A DNA stretch of 64,000 nt from Azolla caroliniana (Eukaryota > Plantae > Polypodiophyta): positions 11,408,001-11,472,000 of the forward strand of contig JBHGNT010000003.1 in assembly GCA_043228905.1 (NCBI GenBank), written 5' to 3'. How positions within the stretch are numbered: position 1 is the first letter of the stretch; each line of letters opens with the position of its first letter. Both the position numbers and the translations under genes were made by a program. This document shows, in pieces, positions 12,301 to 24,655 of the stretch. The notes under the pieces are model-generated. The model did not search any database. It was not told the origin of the DNA and saw nothing but the letters and a program-made list of their open reading frames with translations.

Positions 12301-15300
12301 AACCGAGAAACCATAATCCAAAATGCATAAACCATAAATTATCTGAGATATATCAAAGAACCAGAATCATTGATCAATAGGATATGATGTTGAACTAAGT
12401 ACCTAATGCATTATTCATTAACTACATGCGAAAAATCATCTCCATCAGCAAGGAAATACAAATTCACAAACCATAAGTTAATCCAGAATGGATAAGTCAA
12501 AAACCATAATCTAAACCCTTGCTAATAGGAATCCTGAATCGTAACTGATCAGAATTGTTTATAACGTGTTAATTCCCATGCCATGTACATATTATAGCAA
12601 TAGGTAGCACAAATACATATACAAGTCTTATGTATTCGTCACTCAGCAAAGTTATGGATAAAGAAAAAAATTCAAAACAATTATTTTGGCATATAACTAA
12701 CTACGGAAACTGAATCCATGTATATGTTCACAAATGTGCATAAGAGGGAGCATAAGGACACCTACCGTGAATCCATGCACACAGTTTGAACAACTTTTGC
12801 TTTATTGTACCTCTCCAATAGATTGGCTTCAGATCCTCACTTGGGAAGTTTCTCCTTTTGTTCTTCACAACAGTGGTTAGCAAAAGTTGAATGCTGCCTC
12901 TACTTGGCAAAGATTCGAAGGTGTCGGTGCAGAGAAAGCATAAATATGCAACCTAAATATGGCCATTTTTAGGCATTAAGGTTTTTTTAACCTTACACAT
13001 GCATGCTAATATTTATTTATTCAGAATTGAAAAGGCAAGCTAAAAACCTCAAAGTGTAGAGATCGAGACAGAGAGAAAATGGCACAGAGAAGTTGGAAAT
13101 AATCACACAAGGCAAACAAAGAACAGACACGAAAGAATATCGACCTTCGTGACTTCTAGGGCATATTTATGGAGCTTGAGAAGTACTTCCATTCATTTAA
13201 CCTATGGCAAGTCCAGATGTAATCTCATCAAATTCTGGAGAGAGACAGAAGAATATACGCATACAGCTTTAGAAAACTGCATCTGCCATCTTGGCAATCA
13301 AGAAGTTGAATCTCACCAGAATAACGCAAAGAAAGATTTGGACCTCTCCATAGAGGGATCGAGTACAATGAGCAACAACGTTTAATACTCTTCCATCTAG
13401 AGATAATGAGGTACAGAGAAGGCTTCTTGAGCAAGAAGCATTCACTGCTCCACCTCGACAGAAAGGTTTGACAGATTCCTGCCACATGGATAATACAAGG
13501 GACATTTGTGATGATATACATGCCAACATCCCAGCCAAAATGGAGTCAAGCCAGCTGCGGTCATTGCTTTCTGTTATGGATGTCACCAATGCCAACCAGA
13601 ACCACAAAAGACATAATTACACCATGTCAGAGATTCCATATTTACTTTGTCAACATTTCTATCTAGATCATTCAGAGGATAGCATTTTCAGTTTCAATGT
13701 TCAAGCACCAAACCTGTGCTTATTCATGATTATATTGCAAGCCATATAGTTTTATGTAACTGGAGTGGAACAAAACATAAACAGTTTTATTATATTGTTT
13801 TTTATTTGCTACTTTCATTGACAAGTTAGCATAAACAGCTGTAATCTTTGTCAGGTCTCATAGACCATTATGGTCTTTTAGAGACATCAATATTTCTTTC
13901 TTTGTTTCTCCTATTCCTCCCTGAACTTAGTTGCTTATGTTTGTGCATTAAGCTTCCTAAGAAAGTGTGAGTCCTAATAGCCTTCCTCAAGGAATTTCTC
14001 ATGTTCCAGCAACTAGCAATCTGAGATCCCAAGGCCTAATAGGTGGCTTTAGAAACATTTGGTAAAAAAATGAAGCTAAATAGTACTAAAACGAAATCAA
14101 TTCAAGGAACCAAAAAGCATGTCAAGAAGACCAGGCTGCACAATGCTCCAAAAGAGAAGCACTAAAAGCTTCAGTGTACAGCAAAAGAACAGTGAGTCTA
14201 TCACATATGAACCAAAACAACAAAGCGCTCACATTGGTTGTGTATAAAGGAAACCATGATAAGAAAAAATCATGATGATGAAGGTTGCAGCTGCCAATAA
14301 TATAAGCAAGATACTTTATCTCTCAAAAAAGTACCAGCAACATGCAAATCCACATATAATTGAAAAAAGTACAGGTAGAGTCAAAATTTCCTTTACCTGA
14401 AATAAAATAATCTTGTTCCCTGAAAATATTGGAAGTTCTCTCATCAATATTAGCTGAATCTATGGATTCTTCAGCCACATATGAGGTTGTAAGATTCAAC
14501 ACAGGGACATTAAGCAGCTTGGATACAAGATTGAAAATAGCAATTGCTACACCGACAGCAGCCAACTCAACAGAGCCTTCAAAACATTTGCAAATGTAAA
14601 CAATCCAACTAGCAATTCGAGAGATATAAATTCTATTTACTAGAAATCAATAGCTGACCATTTCTAAGAAAAATAGAACAATAGATATGCTAGAAAATCT
14701 TAAAGAAGCCTAAAGTTACCTAACTGTCCAATGAAGGCAGTGTCCACTAATGAAGCAAGTGGATCAGCAGCAAGAGCAACCAATGCAGGCAAAGCGATAA
14801 TTGCGATTTCCAAACCAAGTTCATCTGCTTTGAAGACATTGCTATCCAAATATCTAGCACACATTTACTCTGTGTTCCAAAATCTATACACAAATCTACC
14901 AACAATGCAAGATACATTACTACATATAATTGTGTAAATGTTATCAAATTACCTTGCATTCTTGAAAAAGTAGAACCATATCATTTTGCGGTCTTCTTGG
15001 GCACGGTCCACTACATTCAAGGCCCCAGCACCATCAATTAAAGGCATATCAGGTTCTTCCATGTGGTCTTGATTTATTACAGGTTTAGAAGACATCTTGT
15101 CAGGTAAGCACAAATACCACCGCGAAATTCTGCCATATTTCCTTCTCAGGCTCACTCTATTGTTACAAACTCGGGCACAAGACCTTACAAACCCTACATT
15201 TTTGGTGAAATCTGGCCTAATAAAATACTTTGAGAGAAATTTTTCTGATTGTATCATGTGAGTATGTTTTATGGATGTTTTCCCATGGATGTAACAGGTC

Positions 15301-15305
15301 CTCAT
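6397..15305 (-). CDS. MATE-family (DETOXIFICATION) transporter, DTX42-47/FRD3-like group; 13 exons, 598 aa from ATG 15305 (528 aa from ATG 15095)
   Basis: Exons on the minus strand: 15305-14953, 14841-14720, 14576-14397, 9346-9165, 9029-8894, 8464-8368, 8201-8101, 7854-7691, 7595-7524, 7430-7314, 7084-6989, 6677-6556, 6451-6397. All introns are GT-AG, phases are consistent and there is no internal stop. Motifs: DELGLEI...[46 protein letters not shown]...[31 protein letters not shown]. Confidence 0.95.
9943..12188 (+). mobile_element. Internally deleted Copia (Tnt1/Tork-like) in MATE intron 3, antisense to the gene; LTRs 9943-10209 and 11935-12188
   Basis: Near-identical direct repeats TGTTGGGAA...TTCCCATCA. 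PPT AGGTGGGAGGT lies before 11935. RT (YVDDML, 10627-11028) and RNase H (11316-11841) are present. Gag, PR, IN and PBS are absent. Confidence 0.92.
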
Positions 15306-16991
15306 CCTATTGCAGTATTTATATAACCATTATCTGCAAAATTAAAGGCCTCATATGAGTTTGCAAGATATATGCAATATATCTATCCGATTTCAAAATA
15401 TTCAAAGTATAAGAGAAGAATTTACCAAAATAACAGATCAAATTGTTCATGTGAGAGAAATATTGGACACGAAATTATGTCCATTGTACTACATACTTAA
15501 AAAGTTGTAACTATTTTTAGGAGAACATCAAGTGACCTTTTTTTAGAAAAATAAACACAACAAGTGTATTGTCCTAAACTATAGGCTTTCCAATAGCTTT
15601 GGAAATTAGGATTCTCAGAACAATAGATTTCTAGAAACATGGATTGAAAATCTTTCAGCTAAGAACTCATAATGTAAGAGAAGCCATTGTCATCATCCAA
15701 ATGATAGATCCACCTGTTTGGGGTGATTGTTCCTGTGCGAATGAGACAATTCATCTTTTGTAGTTTTATCATAGAAAATTATGGATAATAGAAGAGTTAG
15801 GTTAGCTAATCTTACCTACATTTTTAACTGTAAAAAAATAGCATAGGTAAATGGTAGTAAAAATACTTCCCTAATATATATTAACATCTATGAGACCTGG
15901 TATACATTACAACCGTTTATGTTAACATGTCCATACCACTTAACGAAAATAAATACAAAAAACCAAAAGAAAAATGTCCTCCTCCTCTCGTTTCATAAAA
16001 CTAAATGTCTTCAAGTGTAATAATAAACAAACAACAATCATGTAGGAAAGACAACAATGTTACTCTTGAGTGAATGATGACATCCATGAATCAGAGGGCG
16101 ATGGGAAATTTTGGACGAAAGCATTCCTCATGAGGAACTTTGGATGGAATTAGCATGGAGATGAACCATCTTACTTTTCAAACATCCTTTTACTCCATGT
16201 TGAGTGTTAAAACCTATAACCATGATTGCCTGTGTACCCAGACTAGGAATGGACCATGCAGAAAGTAAAAAATGGTATGCAGTATTCCCCTCTTGATTCA
16301 ACCTTCCACAACCCTATGAAATTTATTTTTCCTATATCGTGATCATTATGTGAATGCTGACCGTTATGTATTGTCATGTTAGTATTGAATAACACGAGCT
16401 CTATACTAAAAATAGACAGAGAATCTCCATTGTAAAAGTTGTGTGTTATGTTCAAAAATATTTTCATGATCAAATCACAACCCCGTCTTTTGCACATTTA
16501 ATCCTGTATATGCTCAAATTTTGACTAAAAACAATTAGGTCTGAATTGAGAGTATAGAATAAGGAAAACAGAACACAACATGTGGGTAGCAGGAAAACCT
16601 ACCAGATTGAGTCGGTGAGACAGTGAGGTTGTGGAAATTGGATCTTAATAGCAGCCCCTTTTTAGTTCTAATAGGGCGGTACACAGGAACCATACTCACC
16701 ACATAAATTATAATTTCGTTTCCTAAAGATCTACATATGTACATAGAGAGACAGAGAGACTTTGTGTCGTATTTCGACCGCCTCGCACTCCCAAAAAAAA
16801 AAACAATTGAATTTGGACTTATAAATATGTATCTCTACTTAGTTAGTTGAGTAACACCAAAAGAGAGAGGGGTCGGATTTTGAGGATGACTTTTAGAGTG
16901 GATGATACATTCGATTCACGTTATTCGCTAATCATCAAGTTGATAGAACTAATGATGACGTTCTCAACCTAAATGAGATTTTGGAATTATG

Positions 16992-17350
16992 TGTTAGGCA
17001 TCGACACGTAAGGATGTTTATGCTCAATATTAAGGAGCAATGATCGAATAAAAAACCACAAAACACACACAATGATGATACAAGATAGATGACACAAGAT
17101 TTAACGTGTGGAAAACCCCTCAATGAGGGAAACAACCACAGGACAAAGTTCAAAATAATGCAAATACAAGCTCTACCTCTTTTGAGGTTTCCCACTAGTA
17201 ATAAAAGTGTTACTAATAAATAAATAACAAGCTCTACCTCTAGATATGCTAGAGTGAAGTAGAGATATGTAGACAAGGAATGACAACTATACTATCGACA
17301 AAGTGGGTACAATAATCCAAAAGGAATGACGACTATACTCTCAAACATAC
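16992..17350 (-). mobile_element. Copia-type LTR remnant
   Basis: TGTTAGG edge plus the ACACAAGATTTAACGTGTGGAAAACCC...AACCAC block also seen in the LTRs at 24125 and 28729. The distal end is uncertain. Confidence 0.55.
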
Positions 17351-18184
17351 AAGTGAAAGAGAAGAGAAGAGAAAACCCGGATGATGATGCCCACAAGTCG
17401 AAGTAGTGACCGCGTAGATCTCACTCTAAGAAGTATAGTTGGAAGATAGAAGAGTTGTGCACCAAGGTGGTTGTTTTTCGTTCTCAACTCTGCACTTGCC
17501 CTTCTCTTCTTCTTCTCTTCTTCTTGTTTTCTTAGAAAATTTCCTTTTCTTTTATTTTCTTCTTTTCACACACATATACAAAAGAACTGTTTTACCTAGA
17601 CCCCTCTCCCCCAAGAAAACTAAAAAAAACTAAAAGGGGTAACTAAAGAAAAAGCGTTTGTTTCCCTTTCACACATACTAATAATAATAATAATAAATAT
17701 TATTAAAAGAATGACCAGACACGTCAGCATAATGGGTATGTTTGCTGGTTAAGAAATACGAATTTTGTGACCTTTGATAATGGGGGGGCACTCAGGATGT
17801 GGTATATAATGAGGTGATATGACTTCGTTGTATAATGCTATATGGTGTAAAGGATACTTTTATTGGTGCAGACTCTAATGTAAGTTTGGGGATGGACTTG
17901 GTATGTAATCATACTAAAACATGGCTTTATCATTCTTGGATGGCAAGTTGGTTTGTGTGATGGTGGCCAATCAAGCTATCAAATATCGTGCTCCTTAAAA
18001 ATCATGGAAGGCATCATCTTCATTGTCTTATTGCTCCATCCGTTGGGGTTGATTGATTCATCATTCCTCATTGATAGTTGTTTGATGCCAATCGCTACAC
18101 TTGGCTTGTCCTTGTGCTCTTCTTGCCTTCTTACCAATAGCTCCTCTTGTTGCTAAATCATATGAGTTACGATTTCCTCAAATT

Positions 18185-18638
18185 TGTTACAGGCATGACC
18201 ATATAATATCCCATGGTGAGAATTTACCGTAGTATTCTATACACGTGGATAAGTGTGAGGGTTAAACGAGAGTGTAAAGAAGGGGAGGATTACTTTTAAT
18301 CCTCGGGATTGAGACAACCCATTAGGCCAAGTGTGAGCTTACCTGGGGGCCTTGGGTATCGATATAAATATGAGGCCTAGCTACCCTCATTTCATCATCT
18401 CTTGATTACATCAAGACTCTCTTCTTGTGGTGGGTCAACTCTTGTAGCGAGCACGCCAACACCAGGTACACTCGATGCCACGACGGTGGTATGGGACGCC
18501 GATCGAGGCTCGAGTTTGTCTCGATCCCGTCGCTCAGGGGTGGTCGGGTGGATCGGCACCCTTCTTTCTCTCTCACCTTTCTTATTCCTTATATCTTTTA
18601 TCCTTATCATATGCTTACGTTAGACCATCGCTCTAACA
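18185..18638 (+). mobile_element. Solo LTR of Gypsy family G
   Basis: TGTTACAGGCATGACC...CTCTAACA, homologous to the LTRs at 22987, 27206 and 49197. Confidence 0.9.
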
Positions 18639-18871
18639 ATTTCCCGTAACAAAATTGGTAAAAGAGAAGCCACTCATTGTTTCAATGAGCTTATCCAAGG
18701 TTTATATTATATGGTCATGCCCGTAACAAAATTGGTAAAAGAAAAGCCACTCATTGTTTCAATGAGCTTATCCAAGGTTTATGTGAGTTGTTTAGTGCAC
18801 CTCTTGAGCTCCTCTTTCGGGTTTCATACCATTGCTTTCCTTGGTGTAGTTGATCTTCATGGTGTTCTATT

Positions 18872-19326
18872 TGTTAGATCTTAATCCTAATGTAAGCATG
18901 AAATAAGAAAATATAAGATAGGTAGATAGAGAAAGAGATAGAAAGAAGGGTGTCGATACACCTGACCACCCCCAAGAGAAGGGATCAAGACAAACTCGAA
19001 CCTTGATCGGCATTCCATACCACCGCCTTAGTATCGAGTCATACCTGGTACTAACGCACTCGCTACAAGAGGTTGTTCACCATACGATCACAGTCTCGAT
19101 GTAGTCAAATGGCGTGCCTAATGAGGGTAGCAAGGCCTCATATTTATAGCCAAACCTAAGGCCCCCAAGCAAGTTCACACTTGGCCCTTACAGGTTGTCC
19201 CAATTCCTAGGATTAAAAGTAACCCTCTCTTCTTTACGCTCTTGATTAACCCTCACACTGTATCCTTCTATATAGAATACTACACTACAACTTGCCACAG
19301 GATAAAGTATGGTCATGCCCGTAACA
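18872..19326 (-). mobile_element. Solo LTR of Gypsy family G
   Basis: Reverse complement reads TGTTACGGGCATGACC...TCTAACA. Flanks CTATT/ATATT form a TSD with one mismatch. Confidence 0.9.
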
Positions 19327-19742
19327 ATATTGCGGTACATGGTGTTATATACGCATAGCTTAGGTGAAGTAGGTCACTAACATTTAATAAACATAAGTGA
19401 AAGGTATGTTCACTAATGTAGAAGTGATTAGATAGAAGGAATAATAGGTGCATGCACTATCATGATCTTGACAATCGTTGTATGAAGAGACTTAAAACAA
19501 CACACCTATTGAAGGGGCATGGAAAGTGTATAAATATGAGGCCTAGTTACAGGGAGATTACTTTGGAAGACTGAAGTTGTGAGACACTAATGGTGCAGGC
19601 TAGGCTTTCTTAATGACAATTTCGCATAAATAATGCGCGTACGTGTGCTACTTGAGACCTTGGGGGGATCTGAACTGGGGAGGAAGTTCGCCAAGTGAGA
19701 AGATCCTTTTTAAGCACTTCATTGCTCTCCTTATGTGACGAC

Positions 19743-19960
19743 AACACAAACATAGGAAATGACTTGAATGTAGGCATTGACGCAAACAAAGCACTTAATG
19801 CGAACCATGGAGTCGACGTGAACATAGGCAACAATGTGAACGAAGGAGTCAACGCGAACGACAAACGACGATGCGAACATATGAGACAAGGTAAACGATG
19901 GTACACTTAAGAAGAAGAAGAAGAAGAAGAGGAGGACGATGATGATGATGATGAAGACAA
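19743..19960 (+). repeat. Degenerate 18-bp tandem repeat (7 units, 19743-19868) followed by a GAA/GAG/GAT triplet tract
   Basis: Units such as GACGTGAACATAGGCAAC and AATGTGAACGAAGGAGTC. (GAA)n(GAG)(GAT)n lies at ~19909-19960. Confidence 0.75.
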
Positions 19961-21292
19961 AGAAGAGCCCTAAACACTCACGGAAAAGAGGACAAAGAAG
20001 AACCCTCAAAACCTCAAGTATCTTGATAAGAAGAAGAGAAGAAGAGGTTCAGCCCTGTAAAGATTTTAGTGTGATTTTGTGCAGTGGAAAGAGTACATGT
20101 GTGTGTGTATAAGAGAGAGAGACACATTTATACAGAAAAACTAGAAAACCAACCATTACAAAGAAGAGAAGATGCTTATGTAGTCTATCTTCTCTCTATA
20201 TTCTCTCACTACAACCACCTCTTGGGAAAGAGGTGGAGACTTAACTACCTACTAACTATGTGTCATAGGACTAACTTGTATGACATATTAGTTATGATAC
20301 AAAGTAGTGGGTATTCTTGCGGCATGTTCCCACACTAGGAAAGTTGGGTTTGATTCTCAACATGCCCCTTCAAGCTCAACTTCCGATTGCTAAAAAGTCG
20401 GTTTTTTGTCCTACTGGTGTCCCGGTTGGCTTCAATAGTCAGCTTCGGCTCCGACTTCGGTTGTGGATGGCCGGTTGGCATTGTTTTTTGTGCTCGTTTT
20501 GCTCTGTCCGACTCCAGGTTGTGCGACGATTTCTTACTCCCCCTCAAGCTCCGCTAGTTGGCGGTTTAGAGACCTAGACTTCTTGTGAATTGCCGCAACT
20601 TGTCGGTTCCCAATGCCTTCGTGAAGATGTCGGTCGTCTGCAAGTTGGTGTTGATGTGTTGCAAGTCGACATCTCTAGCTAGGACACATTCTCGAATGAA
20701 ATAATAGTGCACCTCGATGTGCTTAGTCCAAGTGTGGAAGGTCGAGTTCCGAGCCAGGCGAATACTGCTCATGTTGTCGCAATATATGAGGATTGGATCT
20801 TTGATGGAAATGTCTAGATCCTTGAGAATCCTTTTAAGCCATAAGACTTCACATGTTGCCATGGCCGCGCCCCTGTATTCCGTCTTTGTGTTCGACAATG
20901 CGACTTGTTGGCTGCTTTTTGCTGCTCCAGGATATTCTCCGCTACCAAGGGAGAAGACAAATCCTGATGTTGATCATCTATCGGCCCAAACGATATTGGT
21001 GCATCCTTCGAGTCGAATTGGTGTGGCTGATTTGTAGAGAATGCCATAATCCATCGTTCCAGTCACATATTGTAACACTAGCTTAGCACAATCTAAATGT
21101 ATATCAAGTGTAGTTTGCAGGAATTGGCTAAGGAGACCATCTGGATAGTTGAGGTCGGGTCGGGTGATTGTGAGGTAGATTAGACTTCTGACAAGTTGCC
21201 GATAGGATGTCGATTCACACACTTTTGTCCCAGAGTCAGCATCGAGCTTTAGGTTTTGATCAAGAGGGGTTGACATAGGTTGACACAAGTTT

Positions 21293-21408
21293 TGTTACGG
21301 GCATGACCATATAATATCCCATGGTGAGAATGTATCGTAGTATTCCACGTGTATAGAATACTATGGTACATTCTCACCACAGGATATTATATGGTCATGC
21401 CCATAACA
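21293..21408. mobile_element. 116-bp fold-back mini-element made of two inverted copies of the family G LTR 5' end
   Basis: TGTTACGGGCATGACCATATAATATCC...GGATATTATATGGTCATGCCCATAACA with flanks AGTTT/GGTTT. It interrupts C1 RT at the ECKP|VS position. Confidence 0.88.
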
Positions 21409-23684
21409 GGTTTGCACTCTGTCATCTCAAACTTGTATAAAAAGTTGAGGTTGTAGTGCCGTTGGGAGATCATAATCCCCATTGGTGTCCAAATTACTTC
21501 TATACAGAGATGGAGCTCTTGCATGTCTTTCATTTTGAATTTGCTAGACAGGAGGGATTTGACCTTATTGATGCCAGCTAGATTCTCTCCTCCGATGAAC
21601 AGATCATGCACATAAAGGATGATGACAATCAAGCTTTCAGAATTGCTTCTTATGTAGAGGGAGTTATCCAATTTTGACATTTAGAAGTAGATTTGGTGAA
21701 GATACTGAGTAATCTTCGAATGCCAAGCACGCAGTGCTTGCTTGAGTCCATACAACGACTTCTTGAGTCGGTAGACTACGGTCGGGTAGTTGGTCGATTC
21801 GAAACCGGGTGGTTGAATCATGAAAACCTCATCTTCTAATTTGCCTTGAAGTAAGGCGTTCTTCACGTCCATTTGATGGAGGTGCCACCCTTTAGTAGCT
21901 GCGAGTGCAATGACTGTCCAAACAATTGTCATCTTTGTCACCAGGGCAAAGGTCTCCTCGTAATCGACTCCATGCGTTTGAGCATATCCTTTTGCTACAA
22001 GTCGTGCTTTGTAGCGGTTTACCGAGCCGTTGACATTATATTTCACCTTGTAAATCTTCCTACAACCGATCGCTTTCTTGTGTGGTGAGTGGAGGATGAA
22101 ATCCCATGTCTCGTTCTTGCATAACGCATGCATCTCCTCGTTCAAGGCTTCAACCCATCATGGATCCTTGGCTACTTCGGAAAAAAATTCCGGTTCTTGG
22201 ATTGTCGCCATCTTCATCATAAAAGCATAGTGATATGCCATGTAATCGTTGTTGCCGAATCGGCTGACGACGTTCTTTTCTCGGGTGGAGCGATGAGGTT
22301 TCTCATTTGCCTTTGTGAGCGCTTTCTTTGCTCTAGGTGTCCTCATGATGGGTACATCCTATCCACCATGCTCACCATTGAGTGAGTGCACCTATTCATT
22401 GCCATCAGAATGATCATCTTCATATTCAGGCATTTTGTCTTTTCCTTTGTCCGATCTTGGACTTAGCTGTGATGTGCTTGGAGGCTCTTCACGTCCACTC
22501 AGCCTGGTCGTAACTGGACTTTCTTTTAATATATGCCTCAACTAATTGTCCCCTTCTATCTCATGGTCGGCCGAGATCGGTTTGAGTGAAGACAACACTA
22601 GTTTGTACCATGCCATGATGATTGCCCCTTTTGCCTAACACTTATCCTCATGTGTTTTTGACGTCTTGCCAATAGTAGAAGTTGTGTTCATGGGGTTCTC
22701 CTTGGTTGTGTTGGTCTTGGCCGAATCGACCTCTTCTTCCACAATTGTGCCCCCTTCCTCCATCCAAGTTCGAATAGAGCATGTGTCCTTCTTGTACACA
22801 TTGCTCCTCGTTTAGACATGATTTTCTTCGACCAGTAGCATCAATTGGCAATCGAAGGAGGGAGGATTCTCCCTTGCAAGGACAATCGACCTTATTGCGC
22901 CGAACCGAGACGCTAGGCCATCGAGGCATATTTACACCATTTCCTCGCCATCAATGTTAACATTGATCGATCCGAGGAAGTCGCACTATTACGGGCATGA
23001 CCATATAATATCCTGTGGTAAGATTGTACCATGGTATTCTATACACGTGTATAAAGTGTGAGGATTAAACGAGAGTGTAAAGAAAGGAGGATTACTTTTA
23101 ATCTTAGGAATTGGGACAACCCATAAGGGCCAAGTGTGAACTTGCCTGAGGGCCTTAGGCCTTGCTATAAATATGAGGGCTAGCTACCCTAATTAGGAGG
23201 TCATTATGGACTACATCGAGACTTTGCTCTTGTGGTGATCAAATCTTGTAGCGAGCGCACCAGTACCAAGTGCAACTCGATGCCACGTCGGTGGTATGGG
23301 ACGCCAATCGAGGCTCAAGTCTGTCTCAATCCCTTCGTTCAGGGGTGGTCGGGTGGATCCACACCCTTCTTTCTCCCTCCTCTCTATTTTCTTATCTTAT
23401 ATTTCCTTATCATACGCTTACATTAGGATTAAGCTCTAATAGTTGGTATCAAAGTGTTTTTTCTAATGTTTTCTTTGTTGATTTTTTGTTTTGGATGGTG
23501 ATCGATCGATATTCGTTCAAGATTGAGCTAGACACACATCAACAAAGGAACTTCGGTACTTCATTTCTTTCATTTTTATATTCTTTCTTCTCCCATTCTA
23601 ATCATGTTTATGTCATTATGTATTAATTTCAATCATTAAAATCTGTTGTAGTGGTAATCGTTTGGTTGAATAAAATGTATATAT

Positions 23685-23880
23685 GTATGCGTATGAGGTC
23701 AATACCTCAATTGCCATGTATTTGATATATGATTTGTGTCGTATGCGTAAGAGGTCAATACCTCAATTGCGTATTAGGTTCCCATACATATGTTACGTAT
23801 GCGTATGAGGTCAATACCTCAATTTTTATATATTGGATATGCGATCCGTCTTGTATGCGTAAGAGGTCAATACCTCGATT
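23685..23880 (+). repeat. 56-bp-period tandem repeat (4 x 28-bp core GTATGCGTAWGAGGTCAATACCTCRATT) in the G1 leader
   Basis: Cores start at 23685, 23741, 23797 and 23853. Confidence 0.9.
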
Positions 23881-24124
23881 GTGTATTACGTTCACCCTTG
23901 TTTTTTTTGGATGTCTTGTGTGTGTAGAGGCTATATTCCTTGAGTATGTATATCGTTTACATAATTCGTTGGTTATGTTCTGGTTAACGATTCTTTTATA
24001 TACACATATGTAATCACATGTATATGTATTCAAGCGTATACATGTCATGACCATATATATGTGTGTATATTAGAAGTTCGTTATGTTATGTTAATTGATC
24101 GATGGTTGTCTTTCAGGGTAAGGA

Positions 24125-24655
24125 TATTGGTGTGCGGAAAACAATGCTCGGCCACAACCGAGTCTTAAACAACGAATGGAAGAAAAAACAAACTAACAAC
24201 TAGATGACACAGGATGTTTACGTGGAAACCCTAAATGGGAAAAACCACGGGAGCCCACAGACTCCAACTATCACTATAAGGGGAGGAATACAATGTGAGA
24301 CTCAGGGACAGTGACCTCGAGCTCTATGTCTTTGCCAATCGGTGGTTACAATAGAAAACTCGTTCTCTCTCTCTCTCTCACTCTCTGTGTACACTCTATC
24401 AACACTCTCTAAAGTAATTGCCCTAAGTCATATTTATACTTATATGATATTTGGGCTATTTACAAATATAGTCTTGATGGGCTCACCATGAAACATATTT
24501 ACACATATGTCCTTGGATCCGGTTTGCACCGGATCCATCCGGATTCACTCGATCTGGTTTCCGGGTCTCATCCGAAACCCTTCCAGATCCGATTCCTTCA
24601 TTTGGCTCGTCCGGTTCTCATCTAGATCCCATCCGGAGGGACCGAATTCCCAACA
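24125..24655 (-). mobile_element. Copia-type solo LTR (family D) inserted in the G1 leader
   Basis: Shares GGCCACAACCG, ACGTGGAAACCC and the terminal ATCCGGAGGGAC...TTCCCAACA with 28729-29324. No TSD recognised. Confidence 0.75.

Noticed and set aside
18180-18643. TSD for solo LTR 18185-18638
   Set aside because: Flanks AAATT/ATTTC do not match unambiguously, so no TSD is claimed.
23685-23880. CRISPR-like look (28-bp palindromic repeat plus 28-bp spacers)
   Set aside because: Spacers 1 and 3 resemble each other, as do spacer 2 and the sequence after unit 4, giving a 112-bp higher-order tandem. The context is a eukaryotic TE with no cas genes.
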